A DNA stretch of 64,000 bases from Trichosphaerium sp. ATCC 40318 (GCA_038496445.1 JALMLS010000502.1:1-64000); one strand, 5' to 3'. Shown: positions 38,401 through 51,297, numbered from the stretch's first letter. Numbers and translations: made by a program. The notes: a model not told the origin generated them from the sequence alone.

Positions 38401-39380
38401 CCTGGTGCGCCATTGTTTTGTGTTTTGTGTTTTCGGTTACGTGTTGTGCGCGTACAAATGTTAGAAATATTCAAAAAAACTGATTTAGCTTTTTTTGCGT
38501 TGTAAACTAACTATTTCATTAAAGTATCTCTTGATCATTGCATATTACGTGTAACAGAAGAAAGCGAAGGTCATTCATGGATTCAAGCTATTTTATCATG
38601 CATCCCCAATTACGAGCAGATGCGCCAGGCTAATCCTAAAGAGTATCAGAACGCGTTAGCAGGCGCAGACTCTGATGAAGATGACGAAGAGGTATGTATA
38701 GGGCCACAAAAGGCTCCATTAGCGTAGATATCTCTGTTCCTCTAATATGTGTACTAGACGTCTCTTGCTGTACCAGACAAGTCCGGTAGACCAACAAGCG
38801 TGCGTCTTAAAACAAATGAAGCCTTAGCGGTGTGATTGTTGGTTGTATCTTGTTTTTTAAGTTTTTTTGTTTAGGATGAGGATGGTTTCTCACCAGGTAC
38901 GCTTACTCCTAGCGGATCACTTTACTCTGTGCTTGGTGCAAACCGCTCAAATGAAACAACAGCATCATCTTCTCTTACTACAAAACATGTTGCGAGGGTT
39001 ATAAAGAAGGAGTGTGGTAACATAGCAAAGGTAAGGATCGTCGCGTAGTTGTTTTAGAGGACTTTTTTGACCTTTTTTTTCTTTCATTTTTTGTGGCCTT
39101 GTTACTCATCAGTTTTGTGTAGACTACTGCGGCTGATACGTTGGCAGAGTTTAATGATGAACTGAAGAAGCGTTTGGAGAGGAGTGAAAATAGACTTATG
39201 AATGTTATGCGTAAAATGAGGGAGGATATTAAAAAGTCTGTGAAGGCTGATATTGCTGGTAGCAAAAGTAAAAGTTGGCTTGACTTTTTGGCCCACCCAG
39301 CTGTATTTTTACTTGCTGCTATGATTCTCTGGTATGTCATGAGTATCAACAGTCGCCTCAATACTGTATTGGATAAATGA
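35408..39380 (+). CDS. Oxysterol-binding-protein-related protein with ORD - acidic linker - PH - coiled coil - C-terminal TM
   Basis: ORD: DLTKVSLPA, KKPTNPVLAE, EQVSHHPP. PH: GWMKLRGTMKRW...RPSKKGGFCFKVF...QGLKGE (ORP5/8-like). Tail anchor AVFLLAAMILWYVM. Confidence 0.85.
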
Positions 39381-39610
39381 TTATTCTACAAGAGCAGGAT
39401 GGCACTACTTGCAAAAAAAAAAAAACAGTAAAAACCTAAAAAATGTACATACATTGTTTTGACAACACTGTGACGTCATTGTTTTTTTGTTATTTTGTAT
39501 TGAATTTATATGATTTTTAAAGGGCGTTGTTTGTTAGTGTTTTTAATGTGGACTTAACTTCACGATTTTTTTGTTAAGTTGTTCTTTTTTTTGCTTTTGT
39601 AAACCGTTAC

Positions 39611-41182
39611 ATGTACGATCCAGATAATAATCCAGGTTAGATGAGTTTGTTTGAATGATATATAGCGTTAATATATTTTATTCAAAGCGATTGTTATTGA
39701 CAGTGGTGCAAGCGTGACAAAGGTCGGTTTTGCGTCCACTGATGGGCCTAAAGCAGAATTTCCTTCTGTAGTGGGACAACCTGAACAAATAAACACGCAT
39801 GGCGCCAAAGGTAAGCGTGGTAATGCCAACACACTATATTTTATCCGTTTTGAGTTCGCTCAAAGTATTTTTGCTTACAAATGTGCTTACAGTGCGCTCT
39901 TATGTTGGTTCGGATGCACTGGCACTACTACCAGACATTGGAGTGAACTATCCTATGGAACACAACTCAGTAACGGATTGGGATGCCTTTGAAAAAATCT
40001 ATCATCACGCTTTCTACAAATCCCTTTGCGTTTCTCCTGAAGAACGCCCAGTGTTCGTGTTAGATACACCTGGTATGCCTCTCTCGTACAGGTACTCATG
40101 AAGTCTCATAACAACCTCAAACAGCTGTTTTATGCATGTTTTGTAAACAAGTGTTTTGTTTTTTGGTGTTTGCAAACATAGCTCCAATGCAAGTCAGTAC
40201 TTCGATTGAATTGGTTCAACAGTTGTTAAATTTCAATTTTTATATTTTATCTTGGATGTTTAATCACGTGTACTCTTGTAGAGAAAAGATAACAGAGATA
40301 TTAATGGAAACTTTTGGTGTACAAGCAATGTATATTGCTTTTAAAGGTCGTACAGCATTTAGTGGGTATGGTGGTGGAGATGGTTTAGTATTACATTGTG
40401 GTGCTGGAGGAACACATACGTTCCCAAGCAATTCAGGATACTTGGTTGAGAGTGCTATAAAGAGATTGAATGTCGGAGGAAATGACTTGACAATGTATTT
40501 GATGAAGATGTTAAGTCAGAGTGGTAAGTGTACCTCTATCGATAGAAAGAGTTTAGAGGATATAAAGCACAAGTTTTGTACTGTTGCTCCTTCGAGTTGC
40601 GAGTCTAAAATAGATGCTAAACCGAAGGAATATGAGTTACCTAATGGTGAAAAAATAATGATAAAAAATGAACAGTTTCTTTGTGCTGAAGCACTTTTTG
40701 ATCCTAGTTTGGTCGGATCAGATTCTAAAGGTATTCATCATCTTATATTTGATGCAATTGATTCTTGTCCTCTTGATTTACAGAAGGTACCAATCAGCAT
40801 TGAACAAATCTCGAAAAAACCAAGAAAAGTAAGTGTGGACTCATCAGTTTATGTAGGATTTGTACAACAGCATTATCCTTTCTGGTGGTGTTTCTCTAGT
40901 TCCTGGTATTGCAAAAAGGATCGTTTCAGAGGTGTCTAAGCTTGCACCTTCTAAAGCAAATGTGAGCGTGGTAGCTTTGGAACAAAGACAATTATTACCT
41001 TGGCGTGGTGGTTCAGTTGATGCTTCTTTGTCAACATTTCAACAAAGCTGGTAAGATGACATATATTTTTTTTCCTTATACTGTGCTTACATTGAATGAA
41101 TGGTTGTAGGTTTGAAAAAAAGGATTATCTTGAATATGGCGCATCATATGTTCACACAGTTTGTGGATTTAAGATGGTGTAG
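39611..41182 (+). CDS. Divergent actin-family protein
   Basis: IVIDSGASVTKVGFA...FPSVVG, REKITEILMETFGV, YELPNGE, CAEALFDPS, LYNSIILSGG, WRGGS. Confidence 0.92.
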
Positions 41183-41296
41183 TGCTGGTTCATCAACTGG
41201 CATACATAACTGGAGAGAGTGTAAATAGTTATTTCGAGTCAAACATAAAAAAAATTATAAAAGACTTATGAGGCTGTTTACCTCATTCTATTTTAT

Positions 41297-43471
41297 TTAG
41301 ACTGGTACAAATTTCCACATTGAACTGTAGCCAGAATGTCCACTGTACTGTGCACGGGTTTGTGCATCAGGTTGTTCAATATGAATACGAGCAGAAGACT
41401 TGAAGCGATTGTAAATGTAAAAATGATATGGACTGTTTGTGCCTATAAGTTGCCATAAAGCGCTATTAGGAGCATGACCAGTTTGTACAAAACCTGTGTT
41501 ATCGTGAACATGAAGAATCCTTCCTGTATCCAAATTTATCATCTGAAAAAAACGAGGATTATCAGCGATTGGCTTAAACTCCCAAGTAGCACTTAAGTCC
41601 CGGATATTCGCAACTGATGCAGTTGAAGTCCTTGCATCGTATAAGTAGTTTGGTCCTGGCTGTTGACTCTCACATTGGTAGGTATTAGCTGGTGTTTGAT
41701 TCACAAGAAACCAATGAAACAGAGTTCCAAAATTCGAAGTTGTGTATTGTACACGACCTTGAGAATCAAGACTATTCCTGTGCATTCTTCCTGGTCTTTT
41801 CCTGTTTTTGATTATATGCCAGCCTGTACTCCAAGCATGTGGTATTTTCTCCCATTGTGCCATAGTTGGTACTTGATCCATTTGAACAAATCCAGTAGCT
41901 TCCTGTAAGTGTACCATACGTCCAGTGAAAACGTTTGTAATAATATGCCATTGAGAAGATCCGATTCTTTCAATTGTGAACATTGATGCACTGTTACGTG
42001 TTGTACTATATCCTAGACCTTTACCTAACCCGTTATCACGGAGGTATGTGTTCTCCTTCCATCGTGATTGGATGTAGTATCTTCTACCATTTATGACAGG
42101 GTGAGCTGGGATTGATTTTATCAAAAAAGTTTCTTGAGTTCTGAGGCCTGTTATAGTTTGAGTTGTTTGTCCGTTTGAGATGACACGTTTACTAAATCCG
42201 TCCCAATAATATACGTTTAATTGAGCAGTATTACCAGGTATGTTCCTTACTGTAAAGGAGGAGCTTACAGTATCGCACAAGTTGTTGATGTTTTGTTTTG
42301 CCCACATCCTTTCACGTCCGTTTGTGAAGGTATGACCTCCTCTGCCATGAGAATTGACTGTTTCTACGTGCATGTTTGACAGTAATTCGTTTGTCATCTT
42401 ATAAACTTGACCTTTAAGATTAGGTGTCCATGGGGAGAGCCTCGAACAGGAACCATATGTCGGATCGTCAGAGTCAGTGTTAAAAATGTTCCACATTAGA
42501 GCAAACCCAAGAGCGGGTGTTCTTCCATCGTTCTTTGAAACACAAAGTCCAGCGACGTAGGCTGTTAGTTGAAGCTTTGCTGCTAGTTGAGGCGTAAGCC
42601 CTTGATCCAAAGCAGTCTTCATATTCCACTCAGAACAGAAATAAGGAACATCACGTGTTATACCAGAAGCACTTTTCACGTCTTCGAAATCACTTTGAGC
42701 ATTCTTCTCATAAATAGACAACGGAGTATATCTCAAATCATTGTACACGTGCAAATCAAACCCTGCAAGTTTACCATTGTTTATAAGTCCAGCGACAGCT
42801 GGTAAAAAACCTCGTAACCTGTGGTCACTAGCTGAGTTCTCAGTAGCGTATCCGCCCGGCATTACCATGGCTTGAGGGTACTCTGAATGTAATCCATCTG
42901 CGAGTCTTTCAAGAGCCGTAGCGTAGTCAGCAAGTGGAATAGTTTGATCCAAGTCAGGTTCATTTATTGCTTGCCAATATGTTATACCCCAGTTACGTAT
43001 TCCTTTGCTTATGAGGAATGCGCTGTTCGGCTTGAAACGCTTTGCAAAGTTCTGACCAATAGCATACCTTAAAACAGTTGTTAAGTCATAGTGTCAACAG
43101 ACTTCGTGTTCAAGGGCACGTGCCCCTCTTATATAAGCGTGGACGTACCAATTATACGTGAGGATAGGTTGGTACGCTGGATAATGACCGTAGTACTCGA
43201 ATGTGAATAGAATGTTTTTTACACCTGAAGCATGGGCTTGTACTACCAAATCATCGTGCGCTGAGGGTACAGGTGCATTGTTTCTCCAATACCAATAAGG
43301 ATAAGCGTTCATTCTAATCATACTAGCGCGAGCTGCTTTAAGAGCGTTAAACTTGTCAGGAGCCACCAAGCCATTTGGGAAGTTGCCACCGCCCGTCAAG
43401 TACGTCGCTTGTTGTAGTGCCATAGCTCCTGAAATGATAAACAAGATGGCAATTATACTTTGTAGAGCCAT
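41297..43471 (-). CDS. Secreted clan GH-A-like glycoside hydrolase with two C-terminal ricin-B-like lectin modules; one intron
   Basis: Signal peptide, WQAINEPD (acid/base), FDLHVY, FCSEWN (nucleophile), and a duplicated Trp-rich C-terminal module (YYIQSRW...AQW...HWFL / YQCESQ...ALW...MWKF). Confidence 0.75.
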
Positions 43472-44036
43472 TGCTTGCTTAGGGAGATACTGTAACAATT
43501 TGATTTATTCATGTGACACGTGATTCGAACTGGCGCTAGTAACGACAGTCGATAATTTTCCATACAGCATGCTGTTAATTCTTTCTATAAAACCCGAAAA
43601 TGCCAGAACGCTAGTTGGGAAATTCGTATTTTATTTAAAATGTTGGCGGGTGAATAGTTCCGCCCATTCGATTCTGAGTTGCAGGTTCTTCATCTAAACC
43701 GATACAACACGCATGATTCTATTTACCTTCCAATTTCGAACAAAGACAGTTGTGTAGGTTGATGTTATGTCATAAATTTTTGTTTATGGTACATCACCTT
43801 TTCTTTCACTTAAGCCCTTTTGTTGTACTGTACACGTGGGCTGTTGCTCGTAAATCACTATCAAACTGTTTTGCTACCCCGTGGGTAGTTACCAACTGTG
43901 TAATAAAATAGGAGCTAGCGCTCTGCATCTTGTTCAACAAAACAGTTTAAAGAGCCTTTGCAAAAAAAGTGAAAACTAGCAAAAATACAAGTTGTTTGTT
44001 TATTTATCTTGCCATGTCCAAGGCAATATTTATAAC

Positions 44037-45456
44037 TCATCGAAGCGCCTTTGCTTCTATAACTCTCTTCAAAGTAGCTACTAACTCTGGTTTATTCCCA
44101 GCACTATCATATTTGAAGGCAAGAAGAAATTCCTTTAAATGACGTATTGTAATATCTCCATATGTATCCCATTTTCTCTTACTTCTTATCCTAGCTTTCT
44201 GCATTGTCCCTGCAGCAATACAAAGTGGTTTTTTACGCATATGAGGTAAACTTAATCCAAAAACAACCAGTGGACGTCCAAGAAGCTAATAACAACATGA
44301 GCAACATCAAAAAAAAAAGCAACCAAAAAAAACAACAACAAATGGCTTTTGACGCACTTCAGCTTCTCCTGGATGTTGACCAATACCTAATCGTTGGTAT
44401 CAATACATCATATAAAATATCACGTGTTTGAATTGAATATGTAAGGAAGACAAAAGAACATACCAAAGTGATTGTAAGATGCATTAATGTTTGCCTTTAA
44501 TGGCGCGAATTCTACTCTCCATTCGAATAAACCATTGGCTGAAGGTAAAGTCTCCTTTGGCTGGAAGTAATGTACTATTGTATATGCAGGGTATCTACCG
44601 ACAATAGGCCCTAGTAATATAAGCAACAGTACTGAAGAAAAGAGTAGTGAACTCCAAAAACCCCAACTATAAAGATAGGCGCTGCCTTCTTACCTACTGA
44701 CCATGGTAAGTACTTAATGATTGCATCTGGTCTCTGGTAAGTCTCAACAACAAACCAATGATCGCTTATATGAGCCTTAACCCATCCTACAAGCTTCAAG
44801 TCAATCCTAAAAACAAGTCATTAAAGAAAATAAAAAAAACCCACAAGTGTTTGTCAACTCACTCTTTTGTAGGTTCAGGGTCATCAGCAAGCTTGCGTCT
44901 TCTACGTTTAACGCCTGTTCTACTTCCTGCAGATTTTGGAAGATCACCTAAAGTCCGAATAGAGCCTGAAGAAGGTGCCTTTTTTCTCTTTTTGGAAACC
45001 TTTGGTTTTGGTTTTTTGTTTCCAATCCCACTTAAACAAAAAACGAGTCAATCACAGATTGATAAGCACGTGTTTTGTTTTAAAGGCTCAAGCAGTGGTG
45101 TACTAACGTACGTATAGCTCGTGATGGGCTTCAAAGCAGCAGAGACGTCATGAAGTACGAGAGTGTCCTGGTTCTTTATGACACTGTTTATTTGATCGGT
45201 TGGAGCCAATTGAACCACTTTTGGTGGGAATCCAGCCATAACTAAGTGAACATCAGATTGTACAACCTTGTGTAACGCTACTTTTTTGATTTTTGTTTTC
45301 GACGCTTGTTTCTGCTTTTATAGCATCTTGTAGTTCATTATAAGTGGCTGACGCGTTTATTGTAATTTTTTTAGTTCCAGAACTGAAATTACGTTACTTT
45401 ACTTCTGATTACTGTAATTCATACCTATTTCGGACACGTAGAGACCACGTCTCCAT
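44037..45456 (-). CDS. Protein with an N-terminal OTU1/YOD1-type ubiquitin-like domain and a C-terminal SAP domain
   Basis: METWSLRVR...ELQDAIKAET...IMAGFPPK...IKNQDTLVL, a basic NLS-like linker, and ITIRHLKEFLLAFKYDSAGNKPELVATL. Confidence 0.65.
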
Positions 45457-45630
45457 CTTTTGCCGTTAATTAGTCTGGTATTTCTTTGATACGCTCTAAA
45501 ATAGCTTATATGATCTTATTTACTTATTCACGCAATGCAAAGCTCCGATAAACCATAAAAACTAAAATAAAACGGAGAATATCGTTGACCGCCGTAAGTT
45601 ACTTGTGAACAATCGTAACGAATTGATATC

Positions 45631-47082
45631 ATGGGCTGTACCTTCCCTAAAAGTACTCCTCCAGATACTGTAGGTCTACTTACAGCTGAGGGAACAGCAA
45701 CGGCTATTGAGTCTGTAACTCTCCAAAAAGGTAAATCAGCTAACACCTATCACGTGGGTTCGTTAAATAATACATAAATAGGAGATTCTTTTGAAGTATC
45801 ACGTGATGAATTTTCAAAAGTTCATATAACATGCTTTTATGACGAACTGACGCCTCCAATTGATCCTAATATTGCGTGTCATATTTACACGTACGACAAG
45901 GTTATAGATAGAATAGATAGCGATAGTCATCGCTCTAAGGATGGAGCTGTAGTGGCCGCTGATCAGTTGGGCATATCAGGTGATTAATTTATTTTTTTAT
46001 GACCAACATCGTTTTGGTGTTTCTTCAGTTCCCTGGTAGCGATACGAGGTCTAAGCGGTACTTTAGAGCCTACTGATAGAGAGGCATTCTCTATAGCGTT
46101 TGATAAAGTAAATACAGATATAACGACGTTTATCTTTATCATGACAATTGGTTCAAGTGCGTTTTTTGTTCTTTCTTTTTTTCCACAAGCTCACTTGCAA
46201 AAAAGATGAAGTAACAACAGACGACATGCTCAGAAACATTGGAATGAGGATAACAGACTCAAAGACAGGATCGACTATCGCTATTCATAGGCTTGATGCA
46301 ACGCCAGCGAAGGAAGGATTCGTCTTTGGTAAGCCAACTTTTTTTTTATTTCCTTAACTTCAATAATCGCACTGCCAGGTAGTGTACGAGATGTGATCGT
46401 GTTCCTTAATGTGATAATAAGTATAGATAAATCGTAGCGGGAAAAATTGGGATTTGAAGATAATCAGTGATACGACAGATCCAAGGTGTCCGGATTTAGA
46501 TTCGTTTCTGGCACCAAAACCCAAATGGAAAAAAATGACGCTTACAGGTTTTTATTGCCTTTCACTTTTGCTCTTTTTAATGATACTGCTTTAGTTCATA
46601 ACGGTAAAAATCTTGCACCAAAAGATGGTTCAGGTACTAGTGATCCTTATTTTGAGGTTGAATGGGCAGGAAACAAAAAGAAAACAAAACACTTGGCAAG
46701 AACTTTAAACCCAGAGTGGGATTGGACTGAATCCATGTGCGTAAGCCTCAATCCATTATCCATCACTTAATCCGCTTCAAAGGCACTCTAATCAATATGC
46801 AAACCAAGACTTGATAATACGTGTATGGGATTATGACGTACTGACGTAAGAAGCAATTTTTCTTTCGAAAAAAGAAACTGCAGTTTCTTCTTTGCTTTTT
46901 TTCTTTAACCTCACTTCTTTGTTTACAGTGAAAATGACTACATGGGTGAAATAATGATTGAAGGCAGCAACTTAGTTGAAGGATTCAAAGTAAACCATGC
47001 TTTCTATCCATTAGAATGTAGCTCAAAACACAAAGGTGAAAAAGTATCCGGAGGGATAACACTGAGTGTCTCTGTTGCATAA
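45631..47082 (+). CDS. TerD-like domain + C2 domain protein with an N-terminal MGC acylation motif
   Basis: DREAFSIAFDKVNTDITTFIFIMTI (TerD-like). C2: GKNLAPKDGSGTSDPYF...TLNPEW...VWDYD...NDYMGE. Confidence 0.75.
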
Positions 47083-47356
47083 AACAAGCACAAAAAAAAA
47101 CCACGTGGTAAAATAAAACACTCACTTGTTTAGCACGTGCCCTATTTACATCTACATCTTCGTAACACAAACACTAGCTGCTTAACCTGTACATGTCAGC
47201 ACGAAGTTGGTGACTCTCAATGAAAATTTGTCGTAAAAACGAATCCTGGTTTTAGTCGTAAACCGTCAATATGCGTGTCGTTACTTTCGCCATTTCTGGC
47301 AACTACCTACAATTTTGCCTAACGTCGAACATCTTGATTGTGGAAGCTATTAGCGC

Positions 47357-49475
47357 ATGATGAAACAAGCCACACAGCAACGCCAAACTATTGTTTGGTT
47401 TTGTGCGATAGTTGCATTGTATGCTCAACTAGCATTCGCAGACGTTACTATCCAGTCTGTTAATGGTAGTACCGTGGTTTACGCAGTATCAGAAAAGTTA
47501 GGCTCAAATCGTAACGATTTTGCGCCGTTCGAAGCAACCTTAGTTCTATCTAACTACAATAACATAACAGGTACAAAAATCGATAAAACAGAAAGCGCGT
47601 TTTTAATTTCGCGTCGCGTTTTAACGTTTAGCGCATTCTTTTCCTTAATTGCGTTTAGGTAAAGCAGTTCTAGCTAGATTCCCTGTCGACCGTCAATTCT
47701 ACGGAGATTGGAGCGATAAAGGTGTTATTGCCATCATAGAGTATTTTAATGGTATAACGGATGAGCATTTGGGTAGTGCTGAGTACAGTTCCTTTTTCGG
47801 TACGTTTTGTTCAAAGCCGTTACCGGAAAAGTTTTCGCTTTTTGTTTTCTCTCGTAATAGCGTCTATGTACGGCGAGTATTATTGGAACTTGTATTCCGG
47901 GCGAATAGACGAAGTTTTGTGGACACACGGGCTGATTTATTCATTTTTTATTAAAATAGATCTATCGCGTGTTTCTGTACCTGTTCTCGTTCAACGAGAG
48001 CTCGACCCTGGATCATTCAATCACGAATATCTAAATATTACAGTTGAACCCAGAGAGAACGTTTGGAGAACATTGTATGATCGCAAATCATTCATAGGTA
48101 CGAAACACAGTTGTGCTGCAATTAGTGCAATCACATGCCACAGATAGAGTTCCATTCATCCAAATTCTTACCTTGCTTTTCCCCCCTACCCTATAAAAAC
48201 ACTAAGCGTGTTTTAAGTAGGTAGGATTTGAACGAATAGAACTATCTTATTTTTTCGTATACTAAGCTGCTTTTTCCATCTATGAGTTTACAACAGTATT
48301 AGTTTATCACGTGTTACTTGCATTGATCACATTTGTAACTCTTGGATATACAGTTGGAAGGTACCTAGCTGACTTTTGAACAACGATAAACTACTCGTAG
48401 TTGTAGACATTAACAAGACTCACCTGTGAGCTGTCGTGATTAATCGCTTTTCAACCAATAGGTTTATACAATATCAGATTGTAGTTGGATTTCAAGTATC
48501 CATAGCCCAAATTGCACTCATACTAGAAATATGCGGACTATTATTCAGAGTACTGTTTGTACTTGATCCAATGGGTTACCTTAATTTATTTCCTCAATGG
48601 CTCGTAGAGTCAATGTTTCTATTCTTTCTACCATGGGCTATATCAACAACACTACTAATTATCTTATACTGGTAAGTAAGAACACGAACGCAGTGACAAC
48701 AAAATTCCAACAGAGTGTTGTCAACATCTTTGGTTTTTTTCTTAATTTTTTCTTGTAGGCATGAGTCTCTTTCACGAGCAAGTATTGCAGTTACTCCTTT
48801 TTTATCTAAATTTAAGATACCTTTTTATATCTTAAGTGGTGTACTGCTTGTTGTTGAAGTAACATTAACAGTATCACGTACAGCGTTGGTATACAAGAAG
48901 AATGAAAGCCCTTTTTTCTTCGCTTCTCAAGTAATAACTGCAGTGTTATATCTTCTTATACATATTGTTGTTCTCGTATACTGCTTGTATGTATGCTTCA
49001 AGATATTCAAACTACTGAGAACATTAAAATCAGTCAGACTGAAGAGGATGGTTAAAACTGTACGTTCACACATGCTGTAGCAACAACTGCTTGTTTGTTT
49101 AATTCTTTCATAGTTGGTTGTCAGAGTCAGCTTGTACAGTGTTTTGCTTGCCTTTATTGTAATTGAGAGTGCTGCTTTTGTGGTCTGTACGTTTGAGTAA
49201 CATACATTTTATTACTGTGAGTTAATAGTCACGATACAGGGCATGGATTTCAGACAAATCCAGTTGGGAAAGCTGGTTTTTGGTTTTTTCTGTACACCAA
49301 TGCAAATGCATTGACAGCTGTTCAAGTCTATAGTTTCAATCCTAGAGACAAAACTAAAAAGAAAACAACTCAGTCTTCTGATACAAACACAATTGATACA
49401 GAAGAAGGTCACGAACTTAGTGGAATATCTACTGTTGATATAGGAGATCATAGAGTTTGTGATTCAACAACTTAG
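47357..49475 (+). CDS. Multi-pass (about 7 TM) membrane protein with signal peptide and ectodomain, GPCR-like
   Basis: Signal peptide, ectodomain, about 7 hydrophobic segments (IALILEICGLLFRVLFVLDPMG, PWAISTTLLIILYWHE), and a Ser/Thr-rich tail. Confidence 0.7.
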
Positions 49476-49857
49476 ATTACATGGTGAAGATCCTGTAATC
49501 AAATGGTAAAATCACTCGACTGCACAAATTTCGGTCTATAAAATGACTAAATAAAAAAAACTTATATCAACAGAATTTGCTTTGTAAAATAAAGGTTATC
49601 ACGTGTTTACAATTTTTTGAGCAACAAACCAATCCACGTCATTGCCATGATTAAGCTTGCGAGGTGGTAGTACCACTCAGCTATTACTACAAGGCGGAAA
49701 CTTAATGCTCTGCTAAGAAATGGTTTTCGTTCTTGGTAAAATGCCTCAGCAGCAGGGGTATAGTAGGTATACTTCTAAGCAATCTGAACTGATTTGTGAT
49801 TTAGGATGACTGGACAACACCTGTGAGACATATACAGTTCTTGATCATCTTAGAGGT

Positions 49858-50628
49858 TTATATACTTCTTATAAGAGGATCTAAGCCAGTGCGTGTATAA
49901 TATATCGGTGGCATTTCAAGTAATTTTGAATGAAAATACGCCTCTGAAGGATTCTTACAAGTTGCCTTTCCCTCTCGGATATAAGTAACATAAAAAGTTC
50001 TCCTTGATGCTTTTAATGACTTGTTTGCTTCACTGTAGTGAGGCACGTGCATACCCATAAATAGAACATCACCAGGTTCAGCACAAATAGCTTTCCAAAG
50101 TGATTCACGAGAAAACTTTGTTAACTCGTCTTCTGGGATTAAAACACTATCAACGTCCCAACCATAACCGCTAATGACGTTGAGGCAACCATTAGATCTA
50201 TCAGCTTTGTCTATAGCCACTTGTACAGTAATATCAGGTGTAGACTTGTATGCGACGTACCCTGCGCCGTCCTGGTGAGCATTGAAGCCAGGAGAGCCTG
50301 GTAGTTTGTATATTAGCTTATCTTTGTAGATTAACGCTTTTTCTTCAAGTATTTGGCCACAAGCGCTAGAAATTGGACCATTATTAGCAAATATACTGCG
50401 TAAGCCAGTATGCGTTGGTAAAAAGTTTTCTGTTCTTGTTAAGAGTCTACCACGCTTTGAAGTGCAAGAATAATGTAAATGGGTATTGTTTTTAACCTCT
50501 GGAAGGTTTTGAATCTCATTTGCGTATTTTACGAGTTTATCTATTTCTTCAGTTGAGAATACACCCTTTTTAACCAAATAACCTTGATCAAAATACGTGT
50601 CTATATCCTTAGGTGTAAGAACAGCCAT
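49858..50628 (-). CDS. Phytanoyl-CoA dioxygenase (PhyH) family Fe(II)/2-oxoglutarate oxygenase, intronless
   Basis: YFDQGYLV, KDKLIYKLPG, HQD, NGCL, PGDVLF...PHYSEAN...RR. Confidence 0.9.
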   Translation of the reverse strand: MAVLTPKDIDTYFDQGYLVKKGVFSTEEIDKLVKYANEIQNLPEVKNNTHLHYSCTSKRGRLLTRTENFLPTHTGLRSIFANNGPISSACGQILEEKALIYKDKLIYKLPGSPGFNAHQDGAGYVAYKSTPDITVQVAIDKADRSNGCLNVISGYGWDVDSVLIPEDELTKFSRESLWKAICAEPGDVLFMGMHVPHYSEANKSLKASRRTFYVTYIREGKATCKNPSEAYFHSKLLEMPPIYYTRTGLDPLIRSI

Positions 50629-50730
50629 CTCTGAATAAAGTGCTGCTTATTAACTGAACACGACTGATTTCAGTTGAAAAAACTGGTTTAAGACAGCTGC
50701 AACTTAACATAGTCGTATATTAGTTACAGG

Positions 50731-51126
50731 TTAATCAAAATGTCTGTACATCTTACTTTTGTCTCCGTAATGCCTTGAAATCCAGTACTCACAATATGCT
50801 CTATCGTGTTTCCCCAACGCAGCTTTGGCTTCCTCACGAGAACAAATGAAGAAACATTGTCCTTTTTCTTCAAAAAGAAATGCCTTTACATCTGTTAACA
50901 TTACACAAATATGCTCCCAATTCAACGACATAGGTGCCATACGAATAATACTTGATATCAGCTTGCCATTGTTTTTCAAAGATGGCTCAGAGCTGACCAT
51001 TTCGAGGAAATAATCTGAAACCACTAGTGCTCGAAGAACTGGATCGCAAGTCTTAAAATGCTTTTTAGTTAGATATCTAATTGTTTGCTTTTTAATCAAT
51101 CTGGTATTTACTGTTTGTTGTGTCAT
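50731..51126 (-). CDS. Hypothetical protein, 131 aa, intronless
   Basis: ATG-initiated ORF with ordinary globular composition that fills the gap between neighbouring genes. Confidence 0.45.
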   Translation of the reverse strand: MTQQTVNTRLIKKQTIRYLTKKHFKTCDPVLRALVVSDYFLEMVSSEPSLKNNGKLISSIIRMAPMSLNWEHICVMLTDVKAFLFEEKGQCFFICSREEAKAALGKHDRAYCEYWISRHYGDKSKMYRHFD

Positions 51127-51297
51127 TAACTGCTATGCTGCTGCTTTTGTTGATGTGGAAGTAAATGAAAAAAAGGTGAAATTTCTTTAACTTTTCAATC
51201 ATGTATTCAACGAATTGAGTATGCCAAATGGGGCCGATAGTCTCTGTGCGTACTCTGTACTTTATAATTATGATATTCCAATAGTACTTTGTAGGTA

